64,000 nucleotides of DNA. Source: Trypanosoma brucei (Eukaryota). Made by a program: the position numbers and the translations under genes. Shown piece after piece: positions 55,029 to 64,000 of the stretch. The notes below the pieces were generated by a model that saw nothing but the letters and a program-made list of their open reading frames with translations, ran no database searches and had not been told where the DNA came from. The stretch's first letter is position 1. Every line of letters starts with the position of its first letter. The DNA lies in the NCBI GenBank assembly GCA_000002445.1, contig CP000068.1, forward strand, positions 1,088,001-1,152,000, in the 5' to 3' direction.

Positions 55029-55860
55029 GCAAAATGTGCGTGAGGAAAGAACTCGGAAGGTTTTGTCGATTTCATGTTTCCCTAGTAGCGCTCGCATTTT
55101 ACTTCTGCTACTAACATTTGAGAATATTTAAACAATATTTATCGCCCCTCACACTGTCCACCCGCTTGCTTCCCGTTAGTTTTGAAAGGTTTTGTCCGTT
55201 TGTGTAAGCAGGGGAATAGGGGTGGAGAGGGTTTTGCTCGAAAATTATCTATAGAGAACTGAGCGGACGTTACTGGTACTGACTTGCTATGTCCGGCAAA
55301 CTGCAATGCTGAGCTGTCGCCCGCAACATTGTTTGTGCATTCGTGTTTTCCTGCACCATCTTTCTTTCCCTTTTGTTTTAACACTTTTATTATTATTATT
55401 ACTATTGTTATTGTTTGTCACGTGGTTTCGGGGCTACCTTATACAGTACAAATCCTCGGTGTACATTTGCTTCGCTGCTTGATTGAAATGGACTTACTTG
55501 TGGGTCCTTTGTTTTGTTATAAGTGTTTTGCGCTTAATATTTGTTATTATTTCCTTCTGTTCGGCGGTGTTTTTTTTTTTATTCGTCACTGAGTTCAGAG
55601 AGTTTGGCAGACGACATATCTTGTTCAGCTGCCCCTCTCTCATTACGGTGGTTACTATCACATACAGCACTCCCCTCTGTTCTAAGCTTTGCTGCTTTTT
55701 GTGCTACTTTGTTGCGATTTATATTTACCCTTATCCTCTGTCATCATTTTTGTCGCAACGTCTCCGCATTTACTGCCTCACCATATAAAAGGTACGCTGC
55801 AGCAAAAAAAAAAAGACGTGGATCAGGAGGGGAAAACGAAGTGCGGTCTGAAGGCACTTC

Positions 55861-56673
55861 ATGTTTAGCGAATCTCTCTGTATTCTCTCAAGGCGTTTCC
55901 GCTACAACACCAAGTTTCCTGCCCTAGTTTCTTACAACAAACTTCCATGGGAGGTTGTTAATCATGAAACTCCGCAATTTCACATGCACGTAGCGCCACA
56001 TTACGAGCAATTGCTAACACTGGCAGCTTCATCGCCAGTCCCCCACATCATAAGTAGCAAACACATCGATGTGCCACGAGAACACCGGCTTCGACTTCTT
56101 CCTGGCATGCTTTATTTACTGGATGGTGACACCCTACCGGAGGAATTCACTATAAACCGCGTGCTGGATCCAACAGCTTTGCAATACTATGGGAGGTTAA
56201 GTAGCCAAATAGTCACCGTAGAGGCTGTCCGTATGCTGGTGTCAGATGATCTTCGCCTTCTTTGTAACTGCATAACATTTAAGGGTCCTCTTCACCTGCC
56301 CGTTGCCCCCTATGCCTCTCTCGCTTCCCTTAGAGGAGCGTCTCAAGGTGGGACCACTGGCAGTGAGACAGGTTCCAACTGCTTTACCTTGTATCACTTT
56401 GTTAGACCCAACCGCCCGCCAAAGGAGTTACAGCTTGAGAAATATTACATTCACGCCCCGTGTGTAGCACCGCTTTCAGAATTTGCTTCGAACAGTGATG
56501 AACGGGGAAACTGGAGGCCGCGGTTGCAAGCACCGAAGCGCACACAACGTGCCACACCACTTCCTGCTTATAGGCCCCCACAAAGTTATTTGATGGGACT
56601 TGCTGAGCGCCTTGCAGTAGTTCCAGGAGGTTGCTTTGGTCGAAGGTCCCTCATGTGGGGTCACTGGTTCTAA
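55861..56673 (+). CDS. Hypothetical protein.
   Basis: The 270-aa ORF has a true ATG and lies on the same strand as the surrounding cluster. No domain is recognised. Confidence 0.4.
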   Translation: MFSESLCILSRRFRYNTKFPALVSYNKLPWEVVNHETPQFHMHVAPHYEQLLTLAASSPVPHIISSKHIDVPREHRLRLLPGMLYLLDGDTLPEEFTINRVLDPTALQYYGRLSSQIVTVEAVRMLVSDDLRLLCNCITFKGPLHLPVAPYASLASLRGASQGGTTGSETGSNCFTLYHFVRPNRPPKELQLEKYYIHAPCVAPLSEFASNSDERGNWRPRLQAPKRTQRATPLPAYRPPQSYLMGLAERLAVVPGGCFGRRSLMWGHWF

Positions 56674-57232
56674 AGCACAATAGAGGCAATGAAAATAGTG
56701 GCGCGGGATGTGCACAAGTTGGCGAAGCATAAAGTGGTGAAACCATTGGGGAGGGAGGGAGGGAGAGGTTGGAGGAGAGAAAGAAAAGGGTTCAATGATT
56801 TCAGTGGTGCCGATACACGAAATCTGCTTTCGGGGTGGAATGATTTTTTTTCCCTCTGTGGCGGTGGGAGGCCGAAAGTTTTTGCCTCCTACAGGTTGGG
56901 TTCTTATGAAACGAGCGTACAAGGAAGGTGAGTAGCCACATCTCTTTCGGTGCTTTTCTACGCAACCGAAAGTTCATCGGGGACATTATCGCTTTTATAA
57001 AAGTTCCACTTTTTATGGATGGCGTACAGCACACATGCGCACACAAAAAAGTAACAGTAATAATATGCGGTGCACGCCTGTTTGTGAGTTCTGCCGGAAG
57101 AGTACCGTTCTCGTTAGCGAAGAGCCGATCTAAGCATTCTATTCTACCACTCTCATCTCTTTCCCTTTTATTGCATTTATACATTTCCATACTCTCCTTC
57201 GCAACTGCAGAAGTACTTTGCGTACTTCTAAT

Positions 57233-59647
57233 ATGCCGAGCGACCACCAGCTTAGTAAGTCCACCATGGCAGGTGCGAAACATATGGGACAACACCGCAG
57301 GGTATCGATTAAGGTTTGCCGGCAACCAAATACTCGCTTAGGATCTTCGAAGGGAATCGGCACCCCCCATGAGCGGCCAAGACCTTCGCGGGGGCAATCG
57401 CAGCGGTTGCGGTGCAGTTGCTGCTTGCAGGATTTACCTTCGCAAGTGGATGGAAACCTGTCTGATAATACATGCTGGCGTTGCGGTTATATGACTTGTA
57501 CTTCTTGCCGTAGTAATTTATCACCATCTGCCCATAGGTGGGTTTGCACTACATGCTCAAAGAAGATCAGTTTTACATGGTTGTTTCAAAAGACGGTCCA
57601 CGGCGCCGACCTGTTGCTTCGGGTCCTGGAGTTCTGTGAACCGCGTGTGCAGCCTCTTTTGAAGTGTGTATTTGCAACTGAGGACACTCAAAAAACGTCG
57701 CAATGCGAGAAAACACCAACAAATGGTAGGGGTGCGGTTTCCCAAGTGACGAGTTGTCAAAAGCCGAAGCACGTCGCAGTTACATCAAAGGGAGAGGAAA
57801 CAGAAGAAGATGCTAAATTGTTAGTGAAGGGTGCAACCCAGCGGCGTTCTGCCGCAAAGGCTACCCCGCGGAAGGGGAAAATATCATCAAAGTACGTGAC
57901 GAAGGCCCAATCTCCGGAGATGCAAGTGCGTTCACCACCTCCTTCGCCGTCTCGAACCCCTTTCAAGTTCCTGTCAAACTCTCCGTCTGGGAATAAGACT
58001 CCTTTAAAGCGCATCGAAAAGAATACAAATCTTTCCAGTAATGGTGCGAGCCCCACCGCAAAACCGGGAATAGCTCATACAACGATACCAAGTGACGGTG
58101 GTACCAGCACAATCGGAAAGAATGTGGGTGCTGGTACGATGGTGGGCGTCTCAGGTTCACGTGGTGGTGGGCATCGGCAGGATGAATTGGGAACGGAGGT
58201 AAAAAATGGCAATCAGTTTCTTCGTTGCGATGGGATGCATCCCGACCCCAAGTGTCTCGTTTTCTCGTACAGTAACGACACGCATGCCTCTTCGCAACTA
58301 AGTTTTGCAATATCAGGAGCTGATAGTCCACCTCCTCGCTTCCCTAATTTTTCAAAGTTTCTGGACGATCAAGAAGGTTTGCGTCGCGAGTTTGACGAGC
58401 CGCAGAATCGGAGGTTGCAGCACCTGTTTGCAGAAAAGGATGAACCTCAGAAGAACTATAGTGATTTGGTTACGGTGGAGACGTCAGAAGGTGTTAGTCC
58501 GCTTAAGGTGGTTGAGTGCGCGGAAGCCGATAACAATTTCCCCATTCCTCCAAAACTGGCGCTTAATTTTTGCAAATTGGGGTTGGTTTCAAACCATGTG
58601 ACTGATGCGGAACAAGAACCTTCAGCCGTCCACTCCTCTAATAACAAACTCATATGCAAGCCCACAGCACGTGTGAGCATCAATGCTGAAAGTGCCACAC
58701 AACGAGGTCCGAAGAAAAACAGTTGTGGATCAGGTGGACCCCACGGCTCCGAGCACGCTTGCACGAGTCGCCTGGTCCGCAGCAACACCATCAATGGTGA
58801 TTGTATCGATGCAGTTTTCAAGCGAATACAACCATGTTTGACGACAGTTGTGCATGACTCCAACGGTGCTTACACCGGTGGGCCGCAGAATGGCAATACG
58901 GCTGATGCTGGTACTGGTACTGGTACGAAACTCGGAGCGTCGAATAAAACTCATTCGCGTGCTCCCACCATTAAACCACCTAGCAAAACTCGAACAACGT
59001 CCAGCTCCCGTACCTTCAAAACACCGAGGGCTCTATTTAGCGACAGCCGGCTTTGTGGGAAGGATGCGGATTCCAATAGTCCGCACACTCGGAGGGGCTC
59101 CGCACGTTACCTGCTGGCAATAGAAAAAGATGGCGTGCATTCCCCTCGTCCAGCTCCAGTTCTTGCGGGTGTTAAGCCGAGGGGGCGAACTCCTTTAACC
59201 GCTCGTCCCCCTTCGTCAAGGTGTTCAGGGGAGTGTGGTGCACTTGCAAGGGGGAGTTCAATACTAACACGACAAGGGGTATCGGTACCACGTCAGCGCA
59301 CATGCGAGGGACAAGGAAGTAGGCATGCTCGCGTTAATACGCCTCTCCAGCGTATCCATTCTAGTCGTCTTGTTCCTGCAGAGGATAGCCAAGGCCGTTA
59401 CTTGCCATCACACGGTAATGCCGACGCAGTTAAGCCTCGGCTATCGATAAATTCTGGGCAAAGCGTTCAACTGGTTCCGCCTGCCCCCTTAACTGTTAAT
59501 CCTTCGCGGGGACGTGCCGTGGGCACCCTGAATGGGAAAGGTGCAACATCGACAGGAGGTAATTCACAAACGAATCTCAGCAGGGGAGGCGCGAATGGTG
59601 CTTCCACTTCTCGCTTCATAGCTCAGCGAACGTGGAATTTGTTGTGA
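57233..59647 (+). CDS. Hypothetical protein with an N-terminal Cys4-type zinc-finger cluster and a ~700-aa Ser/Pro/Thr/Gly/Arg-rich disordered region.
   Basis: The track starts at 57218 on TTG; the first ATG is at 57233, giving MPSDHQL... The N-terminal 'CSCCLQDL...CWRCGYMTCTSCRSNL...HRWVCTTCSKK' contains several CxxC pairs and looks like a treble-clef/RING/FYVE-type module. The remainder is low-complexity. Confidence 0.5.
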   Translation: MPSDHQLSKSTMAGAKHMGQHRRVSIKVCRQPNTRLGSSKGIGTPHERPRPSRGQSQRLRCSCCLQDLPSQVDGNLSDNTCWRCGYMTCTSCRSNLSPSAHRWVCTTCSKKISFTWLFQKTVHGADLLLRVLEFCEPRVQPLLKCVFATEDTQKTSQCEKTPTNGRGAVSQVTSCQKPKHVAVTSKGEETEEDAKLLVKGATQRRSAAKATPRKGKISSKYVTKAQSPEMQVRSPPPSPSRTPFKFLSNSPSGNKTPLKRIEKNTNLSSNGASPTAKPGIAHTTIPSDGGTSTIGKNVGAGTMVGVSGSRGGGHRQDELGTEVKNGNQFLRCDGMHPDPKCLVFSYSNDTHASSQLSFAISGADSPPPRFPNFSKFLDDQEGLRREFDEPQNRRLQHLFAEKDEPQKNYSDLVTVETSEGVSPLKVVECAEADNNFPIPPKLALNFCKLGLVSNHVTDAEQEPSAVHSSNNKLICKPTARVSINAESATQRGPKKNSCGSGGPHGSEHACTSRLVRSNTINGDCIDAVFKRIQPCLTTVVHDSNGAYTGGPQNGNTADAGTGTGTKLGASNKTHSRAPTIKPPSKTRTTSSSRTFKTPRALFSDSRLCGKDADSNSPHTRRGSARYLLAIEKDGVHSPRPAPVLAGVKPRGRTPLTARPPSSRCSGECGALARGSSILTRQGVSVPRQRTCEGQGSRHARVNTPLQRIHSSRLVPAEDSQGRYLPSHGNADAVKPRLSINSGQSVQLVPPAPLTVNPSRGRAVGTLNGKGATSTGGNSQTNLSRGGANGASTSRFIAQRTWNLL

Positions 59648-60268
59648 CGGATGTAAATGTTGTATAATCCACTGAAAAGAATGAGTGTGTTGCCGTCTGC
59701 GTTTGTAACACTAGTGTGTGACGGCGGAGGTAATAGAGCGGTTTGAGGGAGAGAAGATAAGATCGATAAAATATTGAGTTAAGTTACACTGATTATTTTT
59801 CCATATTCCCGTCACATGCGCAGGAATTTGCGTAGGTGCTCGCGTACTTTAAGGGGTTGCTTGCTGCTTTAAGCTGCCACCATCTGTTTTAAAGACTGTT
59901 GTCGCCCTACCCTCGTCGTTGTTGCTGCAGGTGTTGTTGCGAACGGTGTTCTGCCCCGCTTCTTCCACTGTGCTTCATGCATCAGTTCGTTATTTCACTT
60001 TTGTTACCCTTTCGTTACTTATATTGATTTCCATGAACATGCGGGTGTTGAATTGCATGCATGCTTTTTTGACAGTGTCGTTTTGCCAATGGAAAGGAGA
60101 TGAAAGTTTAAGCGCTGCAGATTTTTCGCCCTCCATAACCCTTCTGTGTCCACGCACTTTAATCAGCAAAACCTACACGGTCACCTTCTGTTCTCCTCCT
60201 TTCGTTCCTGTGTAGGGTCCAGTTTTGGGGGTAGGGGGTTCCTGTCGTTTAGTTGAGCAAACATCTGG

Positions 60269-61759
60269 ATGAACGCAGCAGTTGTGACAAATGTTGGACT
60301 TATTGTCGACGTTGTCATCGTCGCTCGTTGTTTAGATGACGCGGAACTTGCGGGTGTAGAAGGGAGAGGAAGCTCCCTCGAGAGCACTACAGATGTCATC
60401 AAAGGGGCGTCCACTTCCTTCTCTGTTTTTAGTTCACGAAAGTCGTCTTCCCGGGGGGTTTATTTCATCACCGATGGGAATGCTTCGGTTACACACACCA
60501 ATATAGGGGATGGAACAGGAATGACATCATGTGACAGCAGCGACCTGTTGTCGATCCCGGTTGCGAGTTCCATCCTTAACGATGACGTGCATTACGAATG
60601 CCGCGCCGTGAAACGACCGCTGCCTCAGCGCATCTTTCATCATTTTGATGTTTTACCGTTTGGTGTCATAAGTCCATCTGCTGTGTTTGCTGTTCTTGGA
60701 CGACACACCAATAGGGGACTTGTTACAGCCATTACCACGGAAGGCTTATTTGTAGTTCGACGTTATGCCAGCGGTGCACCTCTCAAAATTACCCCACGCG
60801 GTTTGGACAGAAAGAGAGTAACAGAAGAGGATGTGGAGATTATATCTACATTTAGTAAATCAGATGCCGTGGATATGGATATCAAAACCTTTATGTCTAT
60901 TGCTAGACAATACAAGGAGCGGTACGATGAAAGCAATAGCGGGAACGCGGATAACTACAACCAGGACACGGGTAGAACTCTAGACAGCTCTAATGGCAGC
61001 GAGTGCCTGTTCAGCGATGAGAGTGAAAACGGTAAATGGCGCACACCTGAGGATATTGAGTACTGTGCTCTGAGGGAACTGCAGTTAGCGCCTTCACTTG
61101 CACTGCACGATCCTGTGCCACCTTTACGTGTTGGTTCGAGGGTAATTGCTAGACGAAGCTGCAGTGGCATTTCTCTGCACATTGCCCGTGTATGCAGAGT
61201 GAATTATGATGTGACGTACACGCTTGTCTACGAGTCGGACGGCGCCACAGAAACGGGTGTGTTGCACAATGATGTGCATCTGCTTGACGAGTCTGAGGCG
61301 GAACAGTGCAGCGTAAGAGACAACGTAACCGTAATTCTGCACAAGCAGAGGCCAGCCGTTATCATCGAGTGTTGTGGTGATGAAAACTACCGCGTCATTA
61401 TTGATCAGAACCGCAACCAAGCTGTATCCATAAAGGGTAGTAATATTGTGTTCGTTGCGCCACTTTTGAAGGAAGCGTTATACGCTGACCCGGTTATATT
61501 ACGGTGGTTCCGAGAACTTGATCGTACGCGGGCGGGTGTTGTCGAATGGAAGGATGTCAGACACCTCATACTTAGTTGGGAAGGTTACGATACGGAACGA
61601 ACATTTAGAAAAATAGGGGAAGCACAGAGAGATCTGTGTCTACGGCTTGGATGTATGGAACCACAATTGATGAAGAGAGTCCCCGTTCAGATGGATGAGA
61701 TGCAGTTGCGTTTCCCTGAGTTCGAGTACGTCATCCTTCGACTGAAAAATTTGTTTTGA
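60269..61759 (+). CDS. Hypothetical protein with two Tudor/Agenet-like beta-barrel motifs.
   Basis: The 496-aa ORF has a true ATG. 'RVGSRVIARRSCSGISLHIARVCRVNYDVTYTLVYESDGATETGVLHNDVHLL' and 'VRDNVTVILHKQRPAVIIECCGDENYRVIIDQNRNQAVSIKGSNIVFV' both resemble the Tudor/Agenet pattern (vGd.c.A....g.wyrA.I......Y.V.f.d.g....v....i). This assignment is tentative. Confidence 0.45.
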   Translation: MNAAVVTNVGLIVDVVIVARCLDDAELAGVEGRGSSLESTTDVIKGASTSFSVFSSRKSSSRGVYFITDGNASVTHTNIGDGTGMTSCDSSDLLSIPVASSILNDDVHYECRAVKRPLPQRIFHHFDVLPFGVISPSAVFAVLGRHTNRGLVTAITTEGLFVVRRYASGAPLKITPRGLDRKRVTEEDVEIISTFSKSDAVDMDIKTFMSIARQYKERYDESNSGNADNYNQDTGRTLDSSNGSECLFSDESENGKWRTPEDIEYCALRELQLAPSLALHDPVPPLRVGSRVIARRSCSGISLHIARVCRVNYDVTYTLVYESDGATETGVLHNDVHLLDESEAEQCSVRDNVTVILHKQRPAVIIECCGDENYRVIIDQNRNQAVSIKGSNIVFVAPLLKEALYADPVILRWFRELDRTRAGVVEWKDVRHLILSWEGYDTERTFRKIGEAQRDLCLRLGCMEPQLMKRVPVQMDEMQLRFPEFEYVILRLKNLF

Positions 61760-62751
61760 AATGCGGTTGTGTTTTATTTCCCTTCTTTATCCTTTGAATT
61801 GTGCTTTTTCTTCTTTTTGGTAAGAGCGCGCAACGAAACGACGTGCCTTTCATTGGTTCCTCTTTTTTTTTCTGTTATACCCCGGTGTGTTGTTTACTTT
61901 TGTTTTTAAAGAAGTAGGCTGATTTAATTTGCTCCTTGTGTGGAAACGGAGTTGGGGAGGAAGTGTTGTTGTACCCTTGAGGTATTTCATTCATCAGTGT
62001 GGTCGTAACACGTGTTCCATCTTCATGTCAGTGTATACGTGTTATTTCCCTAATTTATATGTATATCTATTTAAATTCGTTAAATTCCGTGGTAGGGACA
62101 GATGAGAAATTATAGGTACAATAAAGCACGTCACTCCTTGATGTGCTCCCATGTTCATGTGTAATGCGATCATTTAATCTTTTCTTTTCTTTTTTCCTTT
62201 TTTCCTCTCTTGATCCTCGTGTGTACTCTTATTTCCCCAAATACTGAAAAAAGTACGTGTATATGTTGCCATGTGGTATATACTCGTAACCGCCCTCTCT
62301 TTTTTTTTGCTTTTGTATGGTTTCCCATTCCTTTCCCCTTCATGGAGGAGGGGCCGCAGTTGAGGTATGGTTGTGGGTGTATTTCTCGTATGGATGTGGG
62401 TGGTGAGGGGCCTTTAAAACAAAAAAAAACCAAAAAGTTATATGACAAACGGGAGCAAGGGGGAATGGCACTCACATCACCACATATCCCCAAGGAGAAA
62501 TAAACAAATGTTTTTGTGGGTGGGTGGAAAATGATAATAGCGGTGATGGCCAATAAATGAAGGGGACCAATATAATCCATTACTTGACTCAATATTTTAA
62601 TTCTCTTTGTATGGATTGGTTTGTCTGGTGGCGCACTTTTCTTGTTTTCGTTTTTGTTGCTTTCTTTTAAAATGGATCTTCACGTACTGTGAGTAGTCTC
62701 ATTACTACCACACTTTCTCCCCATTCCTTACTTTAACTCTTACATAGCGCA

Positions 62752-64000
62752 ATGCCACAGACTGTTAGCAGCCGGATTGCAGAATGTTGCACTGCTGCCG
62801 ATAGCGATGGCGGGAGCGCGCAGTTATGCGTTGTGAGTATTGGCTTCGATATTGAGTGCATAACAGCCAATATTGTGCGCCGTGTGGTGGAAGCTTGCAA
62901 CCTACCGTCACCCAATGCATGTGTTTCATGTGTTGTTCTTCCTGACGGTACGGGGGATAGCGTCCTTCTACGAGTGGCAAGCACACTCACTCGCATTCTT
63001 TCTAATAATGATAGTACTGTTCGTAATGATAACTCGGTGGCAGTGGTGAATGTACACGCCGTGTTAGAGGGAACCATGCCGCGGCAACGTTGCACTTACT
63101 ACCAGAGTGGAGGTATTGTGGTGTTATGCAGCCGAGTATTGTGCGCTGATTTGCTGCATCGCCGCGTTGCGCGTGAGTTGATTGGGTGCGTTGTGGTGCT
63201 GTTGCGGAGGCAGCGGGTGGATGGCATCGCTCATACAGTGGGTTTTTGTGCCGAAATCCTTCTTCGAGGTGGAGGACCCCTCCTCCTTCCGACACACCGA
63301 AAGCATCCACCCTTCGTCCTTCTTTCTGATGATCCCTTTTTTGTGCGCTACGCCATTCAGCATCCGCGGGTTCGGCAGGAGCCCTTTCTAGTTCAGGTAC
63401 GCGTAGATAATGTGCTGCTGTTTCCACGCTTTCGCCTGGACATCATGCGACACTTTGAAAATGTGGCGTCTCAGCGACCACTAATAGTGGACCGCTTCAC
63501 CGTTAATATGGCTAGGACGACTTACATTCTTGATGACTTGCTCTGTAAGGTTATCATGGAGATTGTGACAGAACTTCATGAGGTGTGTAAACGTATGGGT
63601 CCTTCAGGCTGTTGCCGAAACCACAGCTGCTTTCCTAATTCTAATGACCAAGCACCCAGAAACGCGCATAAGAGAGGCGCGTCTAATACCCGTAGTGGTA
63701 TCGCTGACGGTGATGAACCGCACTCCCGACTGGACCCCTTATCGCAGCGTCAGAGGTTGGACCACTGTTCCGGAGGTCAACCCAACGGATCACCCCCCGG
63801 CTACAGCAGAAAACCGTGGGTGGTGTCTGCGAAGCGGGCTGTCATTAACTTTGCCGGTATTTTGTACGAGAACGCGATAAACATCAATGATCGAAGTTTG
63901 GATGATGATCTTCACTATGCATTAAGAACACATGACACAGGCTGGCCATACGGGAAACTGTGTGAAAGTCTTATCGACCTGAGAAAACTTCGGCGCATAG
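62752..64000 (+). CDS. ERCC4: DNA repair endonuclease XPF/ERCC4 (Rad1) N-terminal helicase-like domain; partial, with the 3' end beyond the window.
   Basis: This gene is absent from the ORF track because there is no in-window stop. I translated it by hand from the ATG at 62752, and the frame stays open to 64000 (416 aa). It is collinear with human XPF: 'YYQSGGIVVLCSRVLCADLL' ~ 'YTQGGVIFATSRILVVDFL'; 'GCVVVLLRRQRVDGIAHTVGFCAEIL' ~ '[23 protein letters not shown]'; 'LFPRFRLDIMRHFE' ~ 'LWPRFHVAVNSFLE'; 'RPLIVDRFTVNMARTTYILDDLLCKVIMEIVTEL' ~ '[33 protein letters not shown]'. Confidence 0.8.
   Translation, partial: MPQTVSSRIAECCTAADSDGGSAQLCVVSIGFDIECITANIVRRVVEACNLPSPNACVSCVVLPDGTGDSVLLRVASTLTRILSNNDSTVRNDNSVAVVNVHAVLEGTMPRQRCTYYQSGGIVVLCSRVLCADLLHRRVARELIGCVVVLLRRQRVDGIAHTVGFCAEILLRGGGPLLLPTHRKHPPFVLLSDDPFFVRYAIQHPRVRQEPFLVQVRVDNVLLFPRFRLDIMRHFENVASQRPLIVDRFTVNMARTTYILDDLLCKVIMEIVTELHEVCKRMGPSGCCRNHSCFPNSNDQAPRNAHKRGASNTRSGIADGDEPHSRLDPLSQRQRLDHCSGGQPNGSPPGYSRKPWVVSAKRAVINFAGILYENAININDRSLDDDLHYALRTHDTGWPYGKLCESLIDLRKLRRI

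Noticed and set aside
56476-57325. Minus-strand ORFs (148 and 174 aa) inside the plus-strand cluster.
   Set aside because: They lie opposite to the polycistron orientation. They overlap the 3' end of the 55861-56673 gene and the 5' end of the 57233 gene. No motifs are recognisable.
1-64000. A search for CRISPR arrays, prokaryotic operons or defence systems, and tRNA/rRNA genes.
   Set aside because: No direct-repeat/spacer arrays, no Shine-Dalgarno-spaced operons, and no rRNA- or tRNA-like conserved blocks were found. Gene sizes, polypyrimidine/AG trans-splice architecture and gene content are eukaryotic and kinetoplastid.

Overview
This window looks like nuclear chromosomal DNA from a kinetoplastid, most likely an African-trypanosome-like Trypanosoma. 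It is not prokaryotic. Two head-to-head directional gene clusters are present. Five genes lie on the minus strand between positions 705 and 10576. About 21 genes lie on the plus strand from 14436 to the window end. A ~3.9 kb ORF-poor divergent strand-switch region (10577-14435) separates them. This region carries 12-nt homopolymeric G/C tracts and a (GT)6G12 element just upstream of the first plus-strand gene.

Genes I recognise with reasonable confidence:
- SMC3 cohesin ATPase
- AP-3 delta adaptin
- DDX46/Prp5-type DEAD-box helicase
- dual-specificity phosphatase
- QTRT2-like queuine tRNA-ribosyltransferase subunit
- longin-type R-SNARE
- ASC-1/TRIP4-like protein (zf-C2HC5 + ASCH)
- phosphoglycerate-mutase-family histidine phosphatase
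- SET-domain methyltransferase
- RNI-like LRR protein
- tandem-LysM protein
- meckelin (TMEM67)-like Cys-rich 7TM protein
- a 3'-truncated XPF/ERCC4 nuclease (62752 to window end), which the supplied ORF track misses

The remaining ORFs are kinetoplastid-style hypothetical proteins.

The ORF track evidently allows GTG/TTG starts. Eleven gene starts were moved to the first in-frame ATG, and the new N-termini make biological sense.

The most unusual structure is a ~6.7 kb ORF-free, low-complexity spacer (46740-53450) inside the plus-strand cluster. It is made of alternating purine-rich and pyrimidine-rich blocks and microsatellites. Candidate explanations are very long UTRs, an internal transcription termination/re-initiation site, or other structural DNA.

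I found no CRISPR array, no prokaryotic defence system, and no tRNA or rRNA genes. I see no evidence for a novel multi-gene 'system'. Gene adjacency in trypanosome polycistrons does not imply functional linkage.
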